Virus record (IMG/VR): IMGVR_UViG_3300020469_000015
Length of the DNA: 64,000 nucleotides
Reading direction: 5' to 3' (one strand)
Source of the DNA: an uncultured virus (IMG/VR IMGVR_UViG_3300020469_000015)
Taxonomy: Duplodnaviria > Heunggongvirae > Uroviricota > Caudoviricetes
Each line of letters starts with the position of its first letter. Position 1 is the stretch's first letter. The translations under genes and the position numbers were made by a program. The notes beneath the pieces were generated by a model that had not been told where the DNA came from, searched no databases, and was given only the letters and a program-made list of their open reading frames with translations. This document shows positions 26,711 through 36,011 of the stretch, one piece after another.

Positions 26711-27463
26711 TTAACCTAAAACAACACCAGTTAATACAAGTGAAGATGTTCCACTTGATGAACCAGCAACTGTTCTTAGTGTGTTATCTGTTGAACCAGT
26801 ACGAGTAATCGCTGTTCCCCAGATTGAACTTCCACCATCAGCACCTGCTGCCGCTGAACCACCTGCGTGGTCGGCGTCTGCTGAAGGTACGGTTGTTCCG
26901 TTACCATCAACCATTGCTGAAGTTCCGTCTGTTGCCATAGCCGCTGTTGCGTCTGCAATTGCAATCAAACCACCTGCTACACCGTCAGCAGATATTCTGC
27001 CTCTGAATGTAATTTTGTTAGTTCCACTACCTGAGTGATATTGCATTTTCATATCAGCGTCTTTTGCCATATCAGTTGGACCTAATATATGCATTGATGT
27101 ATGTATTTTATTTGATACTGTATTGTTTGCTGTTGCTGCCGCTGATGTTACTGTGACTGCTTCATCATATGTAAATACGATATCAAAGTCAGTTGCACCT
27201 GCGTGTGCGTAAGTTCCGTCAGTCCAATCAACAGACATTAAGTTAGCTGCTCCAAGAGCCGCTGACAATCCGCCTATTGCGACTAAAACTTCACTATCAG
27301 CACTAGCGTTGTCGTTTCCGCTTGCCGCTGTTCCTGCTTTTAGTTCCCAGCCTCTTGTAGTTGCTAGAGCGTCTTCTTGTTTGCCCCCTGCACCTTCAGC
27401 GCCGTCACCTTTCAGAAACTTTGGTCTACTATCTGCGGAAGTAGATTTTCCCCATAGTCCCAT
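26711..27463 (-). CDS. virion structural protein (MGLWGK-type)
   Basis: N-terminus and EVLVAIGGL motif; Ig-like C-terminal part; late promoter upstream. Confidence 0.75.
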   Translation of the reverse strand: MGLWGKSTSADSRPKFLKGDGAEGAGGKQEDALATTRGWELKAGTAASGNDNASADSEVLVAIGGLSAALGAANLMSVDWTDGTYAHAGATDFDIVFTYDEAVTVTSAAATANNTVSNKIHTSMHILGPTDMAKDADMKMQYHSGSGTNKITFRGRISADGVAGGLIAIADATAAMATDGTSAMVDGNGTTVPSADADHAGGSAAAGADGGSSIWGTAITRTGSTDNTLRTVAGSSSGTSSLVLTGVVLG

Positions 27464-27507
27464 ATTAATTCTCCTTAATTAAGTTTTGTTTAGTTATAAC
27501 TTGTTAC

Positions 27508-27515
27508 TATTTATA
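27508..27515 (-). promoter_or_regulatory. T4-type late promoter TATAAATA
   Basis: Exact gp55 consensus upstream of 26711..27463. Confidence 0.8.
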
Positions 27516-28101
27516 CATATCCTAGTTTTCTCAACTGAGAAATCGTTTCAGCAGTTGATTTATGCTTAACTGGGATACCTTTGTTTGATTTCCATTCTTT
27601 CACATTTCTACCATAATCATCAATTAGTACATTACCATTAGCGTAAAGTTTCTTTTCTTTACGTCTGACCAAGTGTATTCTACTTTGGTCAGTAAGTCTT
27701 AAATTCCTTTGTATCCACAGTCTTTTACCTTTAATACTGTTCTTATCGTGTGGTGTATATGCTGATAAAATATGTGGTTTAAACTTGCTTATGTATGACC
27801 ATAACTTTAGACCGTCTTTCATCCACGGTAATGTCGGCCAAAACATAGGGTAGTTATGTATAGGTTGCCATTTTGTAGAACTCATTGGCGCTTTTAACCA
27901 ATCGTCTGTATCTGAGTAACCATTGGTTTGCATTGGTCCAGGCATAGATGGATCTTTAGATTTAAGCGTAAACATCTTATCAATGCCTGCAACAAAATCA
28001 CAAAGTACACCGTCCATGTCACAGTATATAGTTGGGAGACTGTCCTGTTCCTGAACTAGGTGTAGGTTTAAAGTCTCCGCCTTAAATGCGGAGTATTTCA
28101 T
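27511..28101 (-). CDS. HAD-family 5'(3')-nucleotidase/phosphatase
   Basis: IYCDMDGVLCDF, ILSA, GK, LIDD motifs. Confidence 0.85.
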   Translation of the reverse strand: MKYSAFKAETLNLHLVQEQDSLPTIYCDMDGVLCDFVAGIDKMFTLKSKDPSMPGPMQTNGYSDTDDWLKAPMSSTKWQPIHNYPMFWPTLPWMKDGLKLWSYISKFKPHILSAYTPHDKNSIKGKRLWIQRNLRLTDQSRIHLVRRKEKKLYANGNVLIDDYGRNVKEWKSNKGIPVKHKSTAETISQLRKLGYV

Positions 28102-28102
28102 A

Positions 28103-28750
28103 TTACTTACTTACTGCTTTAGATATTGCTTTTCTTCTTTTGTGAAGAAATTTATCTGAACTATCAACATCGCCATCGTTATCAATGTCTTTGTCTTTTC
28201 TATCGTCAAATTTTTTCTTTACAGCAGTTTGATTTACTTTATCTAATTCTGCTTCTACATTAAATTTCTTACCAGATACTACAAATTCAGTCTCGCCTTT
28301 TTCTTTAGCAGCTTGTAGTGCCTTACCAAATGCGTTACCTTCTTCATTAGTTTTGTACATATCAATAATAGTATCTACTAGTGATTTTACTTTACCTTGT
28401 TTAGCAGCTTCAATCTCAGCATTAACATCTTCGTTTTTTTCACCATGTACTTTGACAGGACCTTTGTCTTTAGACTTAGGTTCTTTCTGTGCCATATCTT
28501 CGTCTTCTTTTTTCTCTTTTTTAGCGTCAATTGCTTTTTGAAGAGCAGGTGGTAATTTACCCTCTTGTGCTAATTCTTCTTTTGCTTTTGCAGCTTGTAC
28601 TGCTTGACTGTCTGCGACTTCTGGTTTACCACCAACTAAGTCGTTTTGTTTATTTGTTATATCTGCGATTGTATGTGCTAATGACCCTGGTTTTGCTTCG
28701 CCAAAGTAACTAGAGTTCCAACCCACAGTTCCATTTTTATCTTTTGACAT
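28103..28750 (-). CDS. probable virion internal protein
   Basis: EEGNAFGKALQAAK and DIDNDGDVDSSDKFLHKRRKAI modules; charged. Confidence 0.7.
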   Translation of the reverse strand: MSKDKNGTVGWNSSYFGEAKPGSLAHTIADITNKQNDLVGGKPEVADSQAVQAAKAKEELAQEGKLPPALQKAIDAKKEKKEDEDMAQKEPKSKDKGPVKVHGEKNEDVNAEIEAAKQGKVKSLVDTIIDMYKTNEEGNAFGKALQAAKEKGETEFVVSGKKFNVEAELDKVNQTAVKKKFDDRKDKDIDNDGDVDSSDKFLHKRRKAISKAVSK

Positions 28751-28762
28751 TTTAGTCTCCCT

Positions 28763-29860
28763 TTAAAATTTAATTTTGCCTCTTGGTTGTGTTATTTTTA
28801 GTTTGTACCTAATCATATCAACAACTTCAGGTGGCATTAAGTAATTTAATAGATTAGCAATAGAGTTCTTTTCGTCTCTACTACCTTTCATCATTTTTTC
28901 AACTCTATCAATTACTTTTGGTTCTACACTTTTAAACTTAGATTTAGCTTCGTCTAATTGTTCTAAATCAATATACGCTACCAGTTCTTCTGGTAATTGT
29001 GACCACTTCATTCCATGATGAACAACTAATCTTGCTTTCGCAGCTGATGTAATTATAGGCAAATCTGCCTTAACTAATTTCAACAACATATCTTTAGTCA
29101 TTCTACTTAACATAACACGAAGTTTTTTAAACTTCTCTGGATTTATTCCAGTTTCTTTACCTCGTAGTGGTTCGTATTCTTTTTTCAGTCTCTTTATTTG
29201 AGCATCTGTAAATTCTAATATCATGTTTTCCATTAACTTGTCATGGTTTTTAATGGCATATTCTTCAGCGTCTTTTTTATCTTTGAATAATTTAACTTCA
29301 TTACCATCTTTATCAAATACACAATACATATCTGGATTCTTTTTACTCTTAGCAACATGTTCTCTAGGATCCATTTTTTCTTTTATCTTTTTCTTACTTG
29401 CGTTCATAGCTTTGTTTGCTATCGCCATGCCGGCACCTGTTGCTGCCGCTCTAGCAAGACCTGCTATTGCCGGTGCGATTTCGTTAACTTCTTCATTTTT
29501 CTCACCTGTTTTATATGAGTATGCCGTTTTGAGATAATCAGTTGCCTTAGTAATCTTACTTTGTACCCATTCTTCTACATCACCATCTTTAGCAATCATA
29601 CTTTCAATGCCGTCTAAGAAGTGTCGCATTTGATTTACTTGGTTCTTTATCATATCTACTTCAGCAGCACCACCAGTATCATCACTATCAACTGCTTCTG
29701 ATTGACCAGCACTTGATTTTTGTTGTGCTTTAATATCATCTATTTGTTTTTTTAAAGCCGCAATTTTCTTTGTTGCGTCTAGTTTATCCTGTGCTTTTGC
29801 AACTGGATCCTCAGTAACTTCTTTGTAGGCTTCCGCCATTGTTTTTGTGTATCTTGTCAT
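28763..29860 (-). CDS. probable virion internal protein (start corrected to MTRYTKTMAEAY)
   Basis: ATG 8 nt after TATAAATA (29869-29876); EEWVQSKITKATDYL module. Confidence 0.75.
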   Translation of the reverse strand: MTRYTKTMAEAYKEVTEDPVAKAQDKLDATKKIAALKKQIDDIKAQQKSSAGQSEAVDSDDTGGAAEVDMIKNQVNQMRHFLDGIESMIAKDGDVEEWVQSKITKATDYLKTAYSYKTGEKNEEVNEIAPAIAGLARAAATGAGMAIANKAMNASKKKIKEKMDPREHVAKSKKNPDMYCVFDKDGNEVKLFKDKKDAEEYAIKNHDKLMENMILEFTDAQIKRLKKEYEPLRGKETGINPEKFKKLRVMLSRMTKDMLLKLVKADLPIITSAAKARLVVHHGMKWSQLPEELVAYIDLEQLDEAKSKFKSVEPKVIDRVEKMMKGSRDEKNSIANLLNYLMPPEVVDMIRYKLKITQPRGKIKF

Positions 29861-29868
29861 AACTTTAC

Positions 29869-29876
29869 TATTTATA
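29869..29876 (-). promoter_or_regulatory. T4-type late promoter TATAAATA
   Basis: Exact consensus. Confidence 0.8.
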
Positions 29877-30269
29877 CTAATTATTAACCTTAGCGCCTGC
29901 ACGCCATTGATAACATGACCAATAACCAGCCGTTGTCTTATCTTTCTTCTGGTCACAGTTATGTCTTGCTCTAAAAGATTTACGCCTTGCCGGATCGTCA
30001 CGTTTAATACTTAAACCTGTCGTATCACCAAAAGAAACTTTTTTTACTTTGTCACCGTCTTTAACATATACATAAAATTTCTTTGAACCACCACGAATTG
30101 GATCGTTAAGTGTAACTTTCTTACCTTGATATTCTGCTTCTTCTAAAGGCAAATCTTGGTATTGTTGCTCACAGATAGCGTCAATCTCCTCTACTTCTTT
30201 AAATGATTTTACCATTGTTTCTTCCTTTACTTTCTTATATTTACTAGGGTGTTTAAATACAAATGTCAT
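29877..30269 (-). CDS. conserved basic phage protein (RRKSFRARHNC...AGYWSC)
   Basis: Motif recalled from marine T4-like phages. Confidence 0.8.
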   Translation of the reverse strand: MTFVFKHPSKYKKVKEETMVKSFKEVEEIDAICEQQYQDLPLEEAEYQGKKVTLNDPIRGGSKKFYVYVKDGDKVKKVSFGDTTGLSIKRDDPARRKSFRARHNCDQKKDKTTAGYWSCYQWRAGAKVNN

Positions 30270-32059
30270 TAACTTCCTCTGACTTGTTTCGCCAAGTCAG
30301 CGTCTGCTTTACCCCATGTGCCACTTGATTTAGTAACAAATGAATTAACTCTTGCAAGACCCCATTGTTGTGGTGTAGTTCCTGGTCTATGTCCTGTTCT
30401 CCAGGCAGCAACTCCACGATTATATACTTTTCTTAATACACCTGCCGGCATACCAGATTTATCTGCTTTATTCTTAATCGCTGCTGTAGCAGTTTCATCT
30501 ATCTCAATATCTTTCATCATTTCTGCAATTGTATTGTCTAATTCAATTTTCCAGTCAGTTTGATATTTGTCTTTAAACATATCAATAGTTTCTGGTAATA
30601 ATGACCAATCTCTAATATCATTAGCAGATAATACTTCTTCATCAACTTCACCAAACATCTTTTTAAATTTTTGTGTATGTGTACTAGGTTTAGTTTTACC
30701 TTTAGTATCACCAGGTGCCGGTTTATATGCCGCTGGATTATCGTCATCCATTTTTGCACCTTTTTTAAAGTGTGCGTCTCTAGCAGATTTAGTTGATTTC
30801 TTTAAACCAGAATAGTATTTCTTAGGTTGTGTACCATCTTTCTTTTTGATATCTGGATCCTGTGCAACTCTATCAACACCTTCAAACTTAGTGAACATTC
30901 TTTTTGCCACTAACTTCTCATAGTCTCTATCTTGTCCTGGTGTTACTTGACTAAACTTTCTAGTATTACTTTTTTGTACATCAGAAACATGAGTATCAGT
31001 ATAACTATCAAACGTATCTGGTTGTCCAGGTGTTTTTACTTTATTCTTTTGTTTATCTTTCTTCTCATTATCTTCTCTTGCTTTATCTTCGTCATCAACA
31101 TTTACATCTTGTTGATTAGAAGCTGCGTTGATTTCTTCATCAAAACTTTTAAATGAAACTAGTTTATCACTATTCTTTTGTAATACTAATTTCTTTTGGT
31201 CAATATTTTCATTAACCAATTCTTCATTTACCGTATCCTCAGTTGGAACGATATCATCTAACCATGCACGTTTAACACCACCGTCTTCCATTTCGTATTG
31301 AACGTAATTAGGTCCTCTTTTAATAATCTTACCTATACTACCATCTTTTAAATTTTCAACTGTTTCATTAATATTGAATATGTCACCTGCATGATAATTT
31401 TCTCTAATAATATTTAACTCGTCACTCTCACTACTTGTACTAGGTGGTAACATATCTTCTCTTACACCCATTTGATTTTTCAAATCTTTAAATAGTTTCA
31501 TTGCGTCTTTCTCCTTTGTGTTCTTCATTAGACCACTCCTAAAATCTTTATAATTGTTTACTTTTGCGAGCGCTCTCATTTTACTAGCAGACATACCAGT
31601 TACACCTTCAGCGTCTGGATCTCTTTCACCTGCACTCACTACATTAACGGTATCAAAATTGTAATCTTTACCGTTGTATTTTTTAATTAGTTTTTTAAAC
31701 TCTAATACTCTATCACTACCTGCAACCATATAAACATCTGTATATCTTTTATCAAATCTATTTTTTAATATTTCCATAAATGTTCTTTCGTTGCCTGTAG
31801 CAGGCATTAATTTTATACCACGAGGATATATCTTCTTTAAATAATCTAGTTTTTGTTTTGCTGTTAAAGGATTTTTATTTTTATCCTGTGAAGCACTAAC
31901 ATACAAAACAGGCAAACCTTTTACTCGTTTTGCCATAGTAATTACTTTATCAATTAGTTTTTGATGACCTACAGTAGGTGGATTTAAACGACCAAATGCA
32001 AATACAACTGGTTGTTTTCTTCCAACTTCCTTTCTTAGTAATTCTTTTAATGTCTTCAT
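30269..32059 (-). CDS. HIGH-class nucleotidyltransferase (cytidyltransferase/NadD-like) fused to internal-protein-like modules
   Basis: FGRLNPPTVGH, VAGSDR, MSASKMR; C-terminal VYNRGVAAW...QWGLARVNSF. Confidence 0.82.
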   Translation of the reverse strand: MKTLKELLRKEVGRKQPVVFAFGRLNPPTVGHQKLIDKVITMAKRVKGLPVLYVSASQDKNKNPLTAKQKLDYLKKIYPRGIKLMPATGNERTFMEILKNRFDKRYTDVYMVAGSDRVLEFKKLIKKYNGKDYNFDTVNVVSAGERDPDAEGVTGMSASKMRALAKVNNYKDFRSGLMKNTKEKDAMKLFKDLKNQMGVREDMLPPSTSSESDELNIIRENYHAGDIFNINETVENLKDGSIGKIIKRGPNYVQYEMEDGGVKRAWLDDIVPTEDTVNEELVNENIDQKKLVLQKNSDKLVSFKSFDEEINAASNQQDVNVDDEDKAREDNEKKDKQKNKVKTPGQPDTFDSYTDTHVSDVQKSNTRKFSQVTPGQDRDYEKLVAKRMFTKFEGVDRVAQDPDIKKKDGTQPKKYYSGLKKSTKSARDAHFKKGAKMDDDNPAAYKPAPGDTKGKTKPSTHTQKFKKMFGEVDEEVLSANDIRDWSLLPETIDMFKDKYQTDWKIELDNTIAEMMKDIEIDETATAAIKNKADKSGMPAGVLRKVYNRGVAAWRTGHRPGTTPQQWGLARVNSFVTKSSGTWGKADADLAKQVRGS

Positions 32060-32718
32060 CTTTTTCTCTTATCTGTTTCTTTTCTAATCCATTGCTTTGC
32101 AATATGATTATCTACAGGTTTTTTCACAAACTTGGCAACTTGTTTATATACATTGGTAATAATTTTTTCGTCTGCCTTATTATTATCTATGATAATCATT
32201 TTCTGTTGACCAAATAGTCTTTGAAACTTACCTATATTTTGTTGTACAGTATTCCAGTTATTCTTTACAATTTCAGGTGGTACAGTTCTTTCTCTTTCTG
32301 TATTTCTTACCATTGCAACTTCTAAACTCGTATTCACAAATACCATATAGCAATCATATCCCATTTGTTTTAATAATGAAACTGGTCTTGCTATACTCTC
32401 ATAATCTCTACCTGTACTATCTACAACAAGACCTAAACGACCTTGTATGTAATTCTCTAATGCTTTGCCTGTCAATTCTTTGGCACGCAATCTAATTGGG
32501 TCTCTTTTCTTTGCCTCATCTTCAGGCATTTTTAAAGATAGACCTGCCCTTTTTAAACCTATTTCAAATGCTCTATCACTATTAATATTCTTTAGTCCCA
32601 TACCACCCATTACTTTATTTGTAACATATGTTTTACCTGAACCAGGACCACCTGCAAGGAAAAATGCTTTGAATATACCTGGGTCATATAAACCTTCTTT
32701 TAAAATAAATGGTATCAT
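32056..32718 (-). CDS. P-loop kinase (zeta toxin/polynucleotide kinase-like)
   Basis: LAGGPGSGKT, INSD, VVDST, RN..RER lid motif. Confidence 0.82.
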   Translation of the reverse strand: MIPFILKEGLYDPGIFKAFFLAGGPGSGKTYVTNKVMGGMGLKNINSDRAFEIGLKRAGLSLKMPEDEAKKRDPIRLRAKELTGKALENYIQGRLGLVVDSTGRDYESIARPVSLLKQMGYDCYMVFVNTSLEVAMVRNTERERTVPPEIVKNNWNTVQQNIGKFQRLFGQQKMIIIDNNKADEKIITNVYKQVAKFVKKPVDNHIAKQWIRKETDKRKR

Positions 32719-33020
32719 TTCTTTGTCTTCTTTTTCATTGCGTTAATAAAACTTCTATATACTGCCGCTTCAGCAGTCTTACCCATAACTTTTGCTCTTT
32801 GTTCCATGGCAATCGCTGCCTGAATTTTATGAGCATGAGATTTACCAGAACCTTTAATCTTTGCAACACTCTTTTTTGCCGTTGCAACATCTTTAAATCC
32901 TAAACCGTGTATTGTACCTTTAGGATTTTCGTCTGTATATAAGTCACTATGTTTTTTAGAATTAGCAGGTTGACCTTTTTTTCTAGGTATCCTTTTATTT
33001 AATTCTTTAAACGTAATCAT
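32715..33020 (-). CDS. conserved basic phage protein
   Basis: HSDLYTDENPKGTIHGLGFKD motif; MITFKEL N-terminus. Confidence 0.78.
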   Translation of the reverse strand: MITFKELNKRIPRKKGQPANSKKHSDLYTDENPKGTIHGLGFKDVATAKKSVAKIKGSGKSHAHKIQAAIAMEQRAKVMGKTAEAAVYRSFINAMKKKTKK

Positions 33021-33424
33021 TATTTGTACTTATCACTCTTTCTTTTTTCTCCATCTGAACGAGGTATTAAACCTTTTGCTTTCAAATGTGCTTTATCTGT
33101 AAAACCTGCTTTACCTGCTTTGTGTCTTTTCATTGCGTCAGCAGTATTAGGTGCCTGTTCTAAATATTTCATTATAAATTCTTTAAAACCTTCCACCTTT
33201 TGTCCTGGTGTATCTTTTTTATATTTGTTTGTTAATTCAGGTGTGCCTAATAGATTATCTTTTTTGTATGCGTCTTTGTCTTTCATAGCAAGAGTTTGAG
33301 CGTCTTCGTTATTTGCTCTATCAAATGCACCTGCACCTGGATAACCTTTTTCGCCTGGTTTACGTTTAGGTTTACCCTCTTTTCGTCTCTTGTTCATATA
33401 ATACCAGAGTCCTTTTTTAGCCAT
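33020..33424 (-). CDS. basic probable internal protein
   Basis: GTPELTNKYKKDTPGQ module; internal GFKEFIMKYLE. Confidence 0.7.
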   Translation of the reverse strand: MAKKGLWYYMNKRRKEGKPKRKPGEKGYPGAGAFDRANNEDAQTLAMKDKDAYKKDNLLGTPELTNKYKKDTPGQKVEGFKEFIMKYLEQAPNTADAMKRHKAGKAGFTDKAHLKAKGLIPRSDGEKRKSDKYK

Positions 33425-34656
33425 TATTTTTTATCCCAATTTTTAGCAGCAGTAAAGTTTTGTACACTAAACTCTAATCTATCAACTAACTTAACTGCTT
33501 TGCCTGATTTGTCAACAGCAACATAACCTTCTGGATTAGTTACTTGTAATCCTTTTGGTGTTGTCTTATATGTTCCTATTGATTTTGCTTTGTTTAACTT
33601 ATCTATTAAAACTTGTTTTGCTCTCTGTAAAGTCTTATATGTAGCACATGCAAAATATATCTTTTCGTTTTGACTATCAATAAATTTAAGTCCTTCTTTT
33701 TGCACTATAATATATTTCTCTTTACCTTTATCAGTTTTCTTACTATCAATTTCTTTTTGTGTTCTATCTAAAAAAAACTTTCTAAATTTATTTGCTGTTT
33801 CTTTTGTACTAGGTAAATCAGTTGCAGCTCTAATAAAACTGTTTAGATATGTTTTTAATTGTACACCTACTGATAATGTATTTGTTTCAGTTTTAATTTT
33901 GTTTAATAATTCTTTTGATTTTTTTAATGACCCACCTGCCATGTTTAATATCTTTTGAAAAGATTGCATTTCGCCAATTGTCATTGTGGCAACACCAGAT
34001 ACATCTTTATAACTTGCGTCATCAAAGAAGACACTTGGACTTCTTCTTAGTTTTGATACATTAGCACCAAACTTGGCACTTAACTTATCAAAACTAGACC
34101 CTTTATAAGTTGTGTGGAATATAATACCTAATTTACTTGAATTAATTTTACGACCTAAACCAGACGCTTCTGGTACCATATAAACAATAGTATTAGGTTG
34201 AAAGGATAACATCTGTTCAGATTTACCACTTGATGATTTGTAAGTTGTTTTCTTTACTGTACCTTGTCTATACAATAAGTCACCTTGTAATATCTCTTTA
34301 AGACCTAGTGTAGAAAGGTATCTTAAACAATCTTGTAAAATATTTGCAACTTCACCTGTGTGATTGTTTTTAATATCTTGTACTGTATAATTTATTTTAG
34401 GTGTTTTGTTGAATACTGATTTTGTACCTACAAAGAATTTGCCATTTTCTGGACTAGGTCCACAAACTATTGCTGGTGCACCGTCCCATTTAACAGTTAC
34501 GTTTACACTCTTAGTTGAATTACCTGATAATAAGTCTGCTGTTGCTTTAAGAAAGTTTACTGCATTTTCTCCACCTGCATAACCATTATTGATGATATCA
34601 TCTTCTAAATGTTCTAGGTGTGTGTTTTTATCTTCTACTAATAAATCGTTATACAT
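33424..34656 (-). CDS. ATP-dependent ligase-like nucleotidyltransferase (DUF6267-like)
   Basis: Motif I VKWDG, motif III LQGD, motif IV PEGYV, motif V VKLVDR. Confidence 0.7.
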   Translation of the reverse strand: MYNDLLVEDKNTHLEHLEDDIINNGYAGGENAVNFLKATADLLSGNSTKSVNVTVKWDGAPAIVCGPSPENGKFFVGTKSVFNKTPKINYTVQDIKNNHTGEVANILQDCLRYLSTLGLKEILQGDLLYRQGTVKKTTYKSSSGKSEQMLSFQPNTIVYMVPEASGLGRKINSSKLGIIFHTTYKGSSFDKLSAKFGANVSKLRRSPSVFFDDASYKDVSGVATMTIGEMQSFQKILNMAGGSLKKSKELLNKIKTETNTLSVGVQLKTYLNSFIRAATDLPSTKETANKFRKFFLDRTQKEIDSKKTDKGKEKYIIVQKEGLKFIDSQNEKIYFACATYKTLQRAKQVLIDKLNKAKSIGTYKTTPKGLQVTNPEGYVAVDKSGKAVKLVDRLEFSVQNFTAAKNWDKK

Positions 34657-35707
34657 CTGTTCTTACCGTTGGGTCAACATCTACTTGTGGTTCTAAATCT
34701 AAAAAATCAATTAGATTATTAAAACCTTTTGAAATATATTCCATTATCTTTTTGAATAAGTTAACTATAAAGTCTTTTACTTTTCCATAGATATCTTTGA
34801 GTTTATCTAATACACCTTCGTGTAATAATTGTCCCTCAATAGGTCTCATTTCTTCTTCCAGTTTGTCAACTATTAACCCTACGGCAGACCAATACTTGTA
34901 TTTGCCTGTCTTTTTACCACCAACTTTTTGTGATGATGATTTAAACCTTACTGACACTTTCATTTGGTCAGCAATTTTCTGTACATATGCTTTATCACTT
35001 ACTTTTTTTAAATGTGCTTTCTTACCATCAAATGATACTGTAAGAAAATGAGTACAACTACCTGGAGATTTTTTACCAAACTTGGTATCACCAGACATTG
35101 CTTCATAAGCAAAAGCATTTGAAAAGACTTTGTTCTTTGCAAAGATAGCTTTGAGTTCACCCATTAATTCTTTATGAGCAGCGTTTGCTTTCATAACTGC
35201 CTTATCTTTACCTTTTTTAATTTCTTTTCCCAATTCACTACCTGCAACTGAAGCAGGTGCCAATCCTTCAAACATATCTGTTAATTTGTTAACAACTTTT
35301 TTCTGCATACCTTCTACACTCTTTAATGCTGTATAGAAAGTTGCAATACTCTCATTACGACCACCACTCATTAACTGAGCAGCACTACCTGATTTAAGGG
35401 AGATTTTATTATTTCCTATTGTGAAGTCTGTTTTAGGTGTTTTAGTAGAACCTGGTACTGAACCACCCGGCCAATAACTAGTCCATTCTGGTGTTACATT
35501 AATAGTATCTGCACCAAGGACTTGTCCTTTACCTCTAATACCTTTTGCTTTGAGAAATTTGGCAACATTTTTACCTGCGCCTGTAGGTATACCAAACTTA
35601 GATTTAGGTTCTTTCTGATTGTTGACAGCTGCAATAATCAGTTCTTCCATTTCTTCACCACGACTTCGTGCTTCAGATAAGTTTGAGTATGTATTAAAAC
35701 TTAACAT
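34649..35707 (-). CDS. PD-(D/E)XK-like nuclease-fold protein
   Basis: GEEMEE...PKTDF...ISLK pattern. Confidence 0.55.
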   Translation of the reverse strand: MLSFNTYSNLSEARSRGEEMEELIIAAVNNQKEPKSKFGIPTGAGKNVAKFLKAKGIRGKGQVLGADTINVTPEWTSYWPGGSVPGSTKTPKTDFTIGNNKISLKSGSAAQLMSGGRNESIATFYTALKSVEGMQKKVVNKLTDMFEGLAPASVAGSELGKEIKKGKDKAVMKANAAHKELMGELKAIFAKNKVFSNAFAYEAMSGDTKFGKKSPGSCTHFLTVSFDGKKAHLKKVSDKAYVQKIADQMKVSVRFKSSSQKVGGKKTGKYKYWSAVGLIVDKLEEEMRPIEGQLLHEGVLDKLKDIYGKVKDFIVNLFKKIMEYISKGFNNLIDFLDLEPQVDVDPTVRTDV

Positions 35708-35738
35708 TTTATCAATGCCTCCATAATAGTTATGTTAC

Positions 35739-35744
35739 TATTTA
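35739..35744 (-). promoter_or_regulatory. late promoter (CTAAATAGT)
   Basis: TAAATAGTAA core shared with 27508, 29869 and 63435. Confidence 0.65.
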
Positions 35745-36011
35745 GTCGTAGAAAAACTTAGGAAGACCACCATTTACTTTCCAAGGTTGTTTTTCATTGT
35801 GAAAGTCTGCTAGATGTTTGGCGTCTTTACGAAAGGCAAAGGTTTGTATTCTGCCTATATTACCGTTTCTATCAGTTTGCCATACTTCAAATACTATCTT
35901 GTTACCTTTCTTCTTAGATTTAACTTCTAAGTGATAACTAGTATTGGAAGTCTTGGAACTTTTTATATTTTTGTTCCGGTGTTTCTTCCTTCGTAGGGTT
36001 GTGTTGGACAT
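35742..36011 (-). CDS. hypothetical protein
   Basis: ORF track; start uncertain. Confidence 0.6.
   Translation of the reverse strand: MSNTTLRRKKHRNKNIKSSKTSNTSYHLEVKSKKKGNKIVFEVWQTDRNGNIGRIQTFAFRKDAKHLADFHNEKQPWKVNGGLPKFFYD

Noticed and set aside
29861..30001. N-terminal extension of ORF 28763..30001
   Set aside because: Overlaps the upstream gene and spans a late promoter; ATG at 29860 fits better
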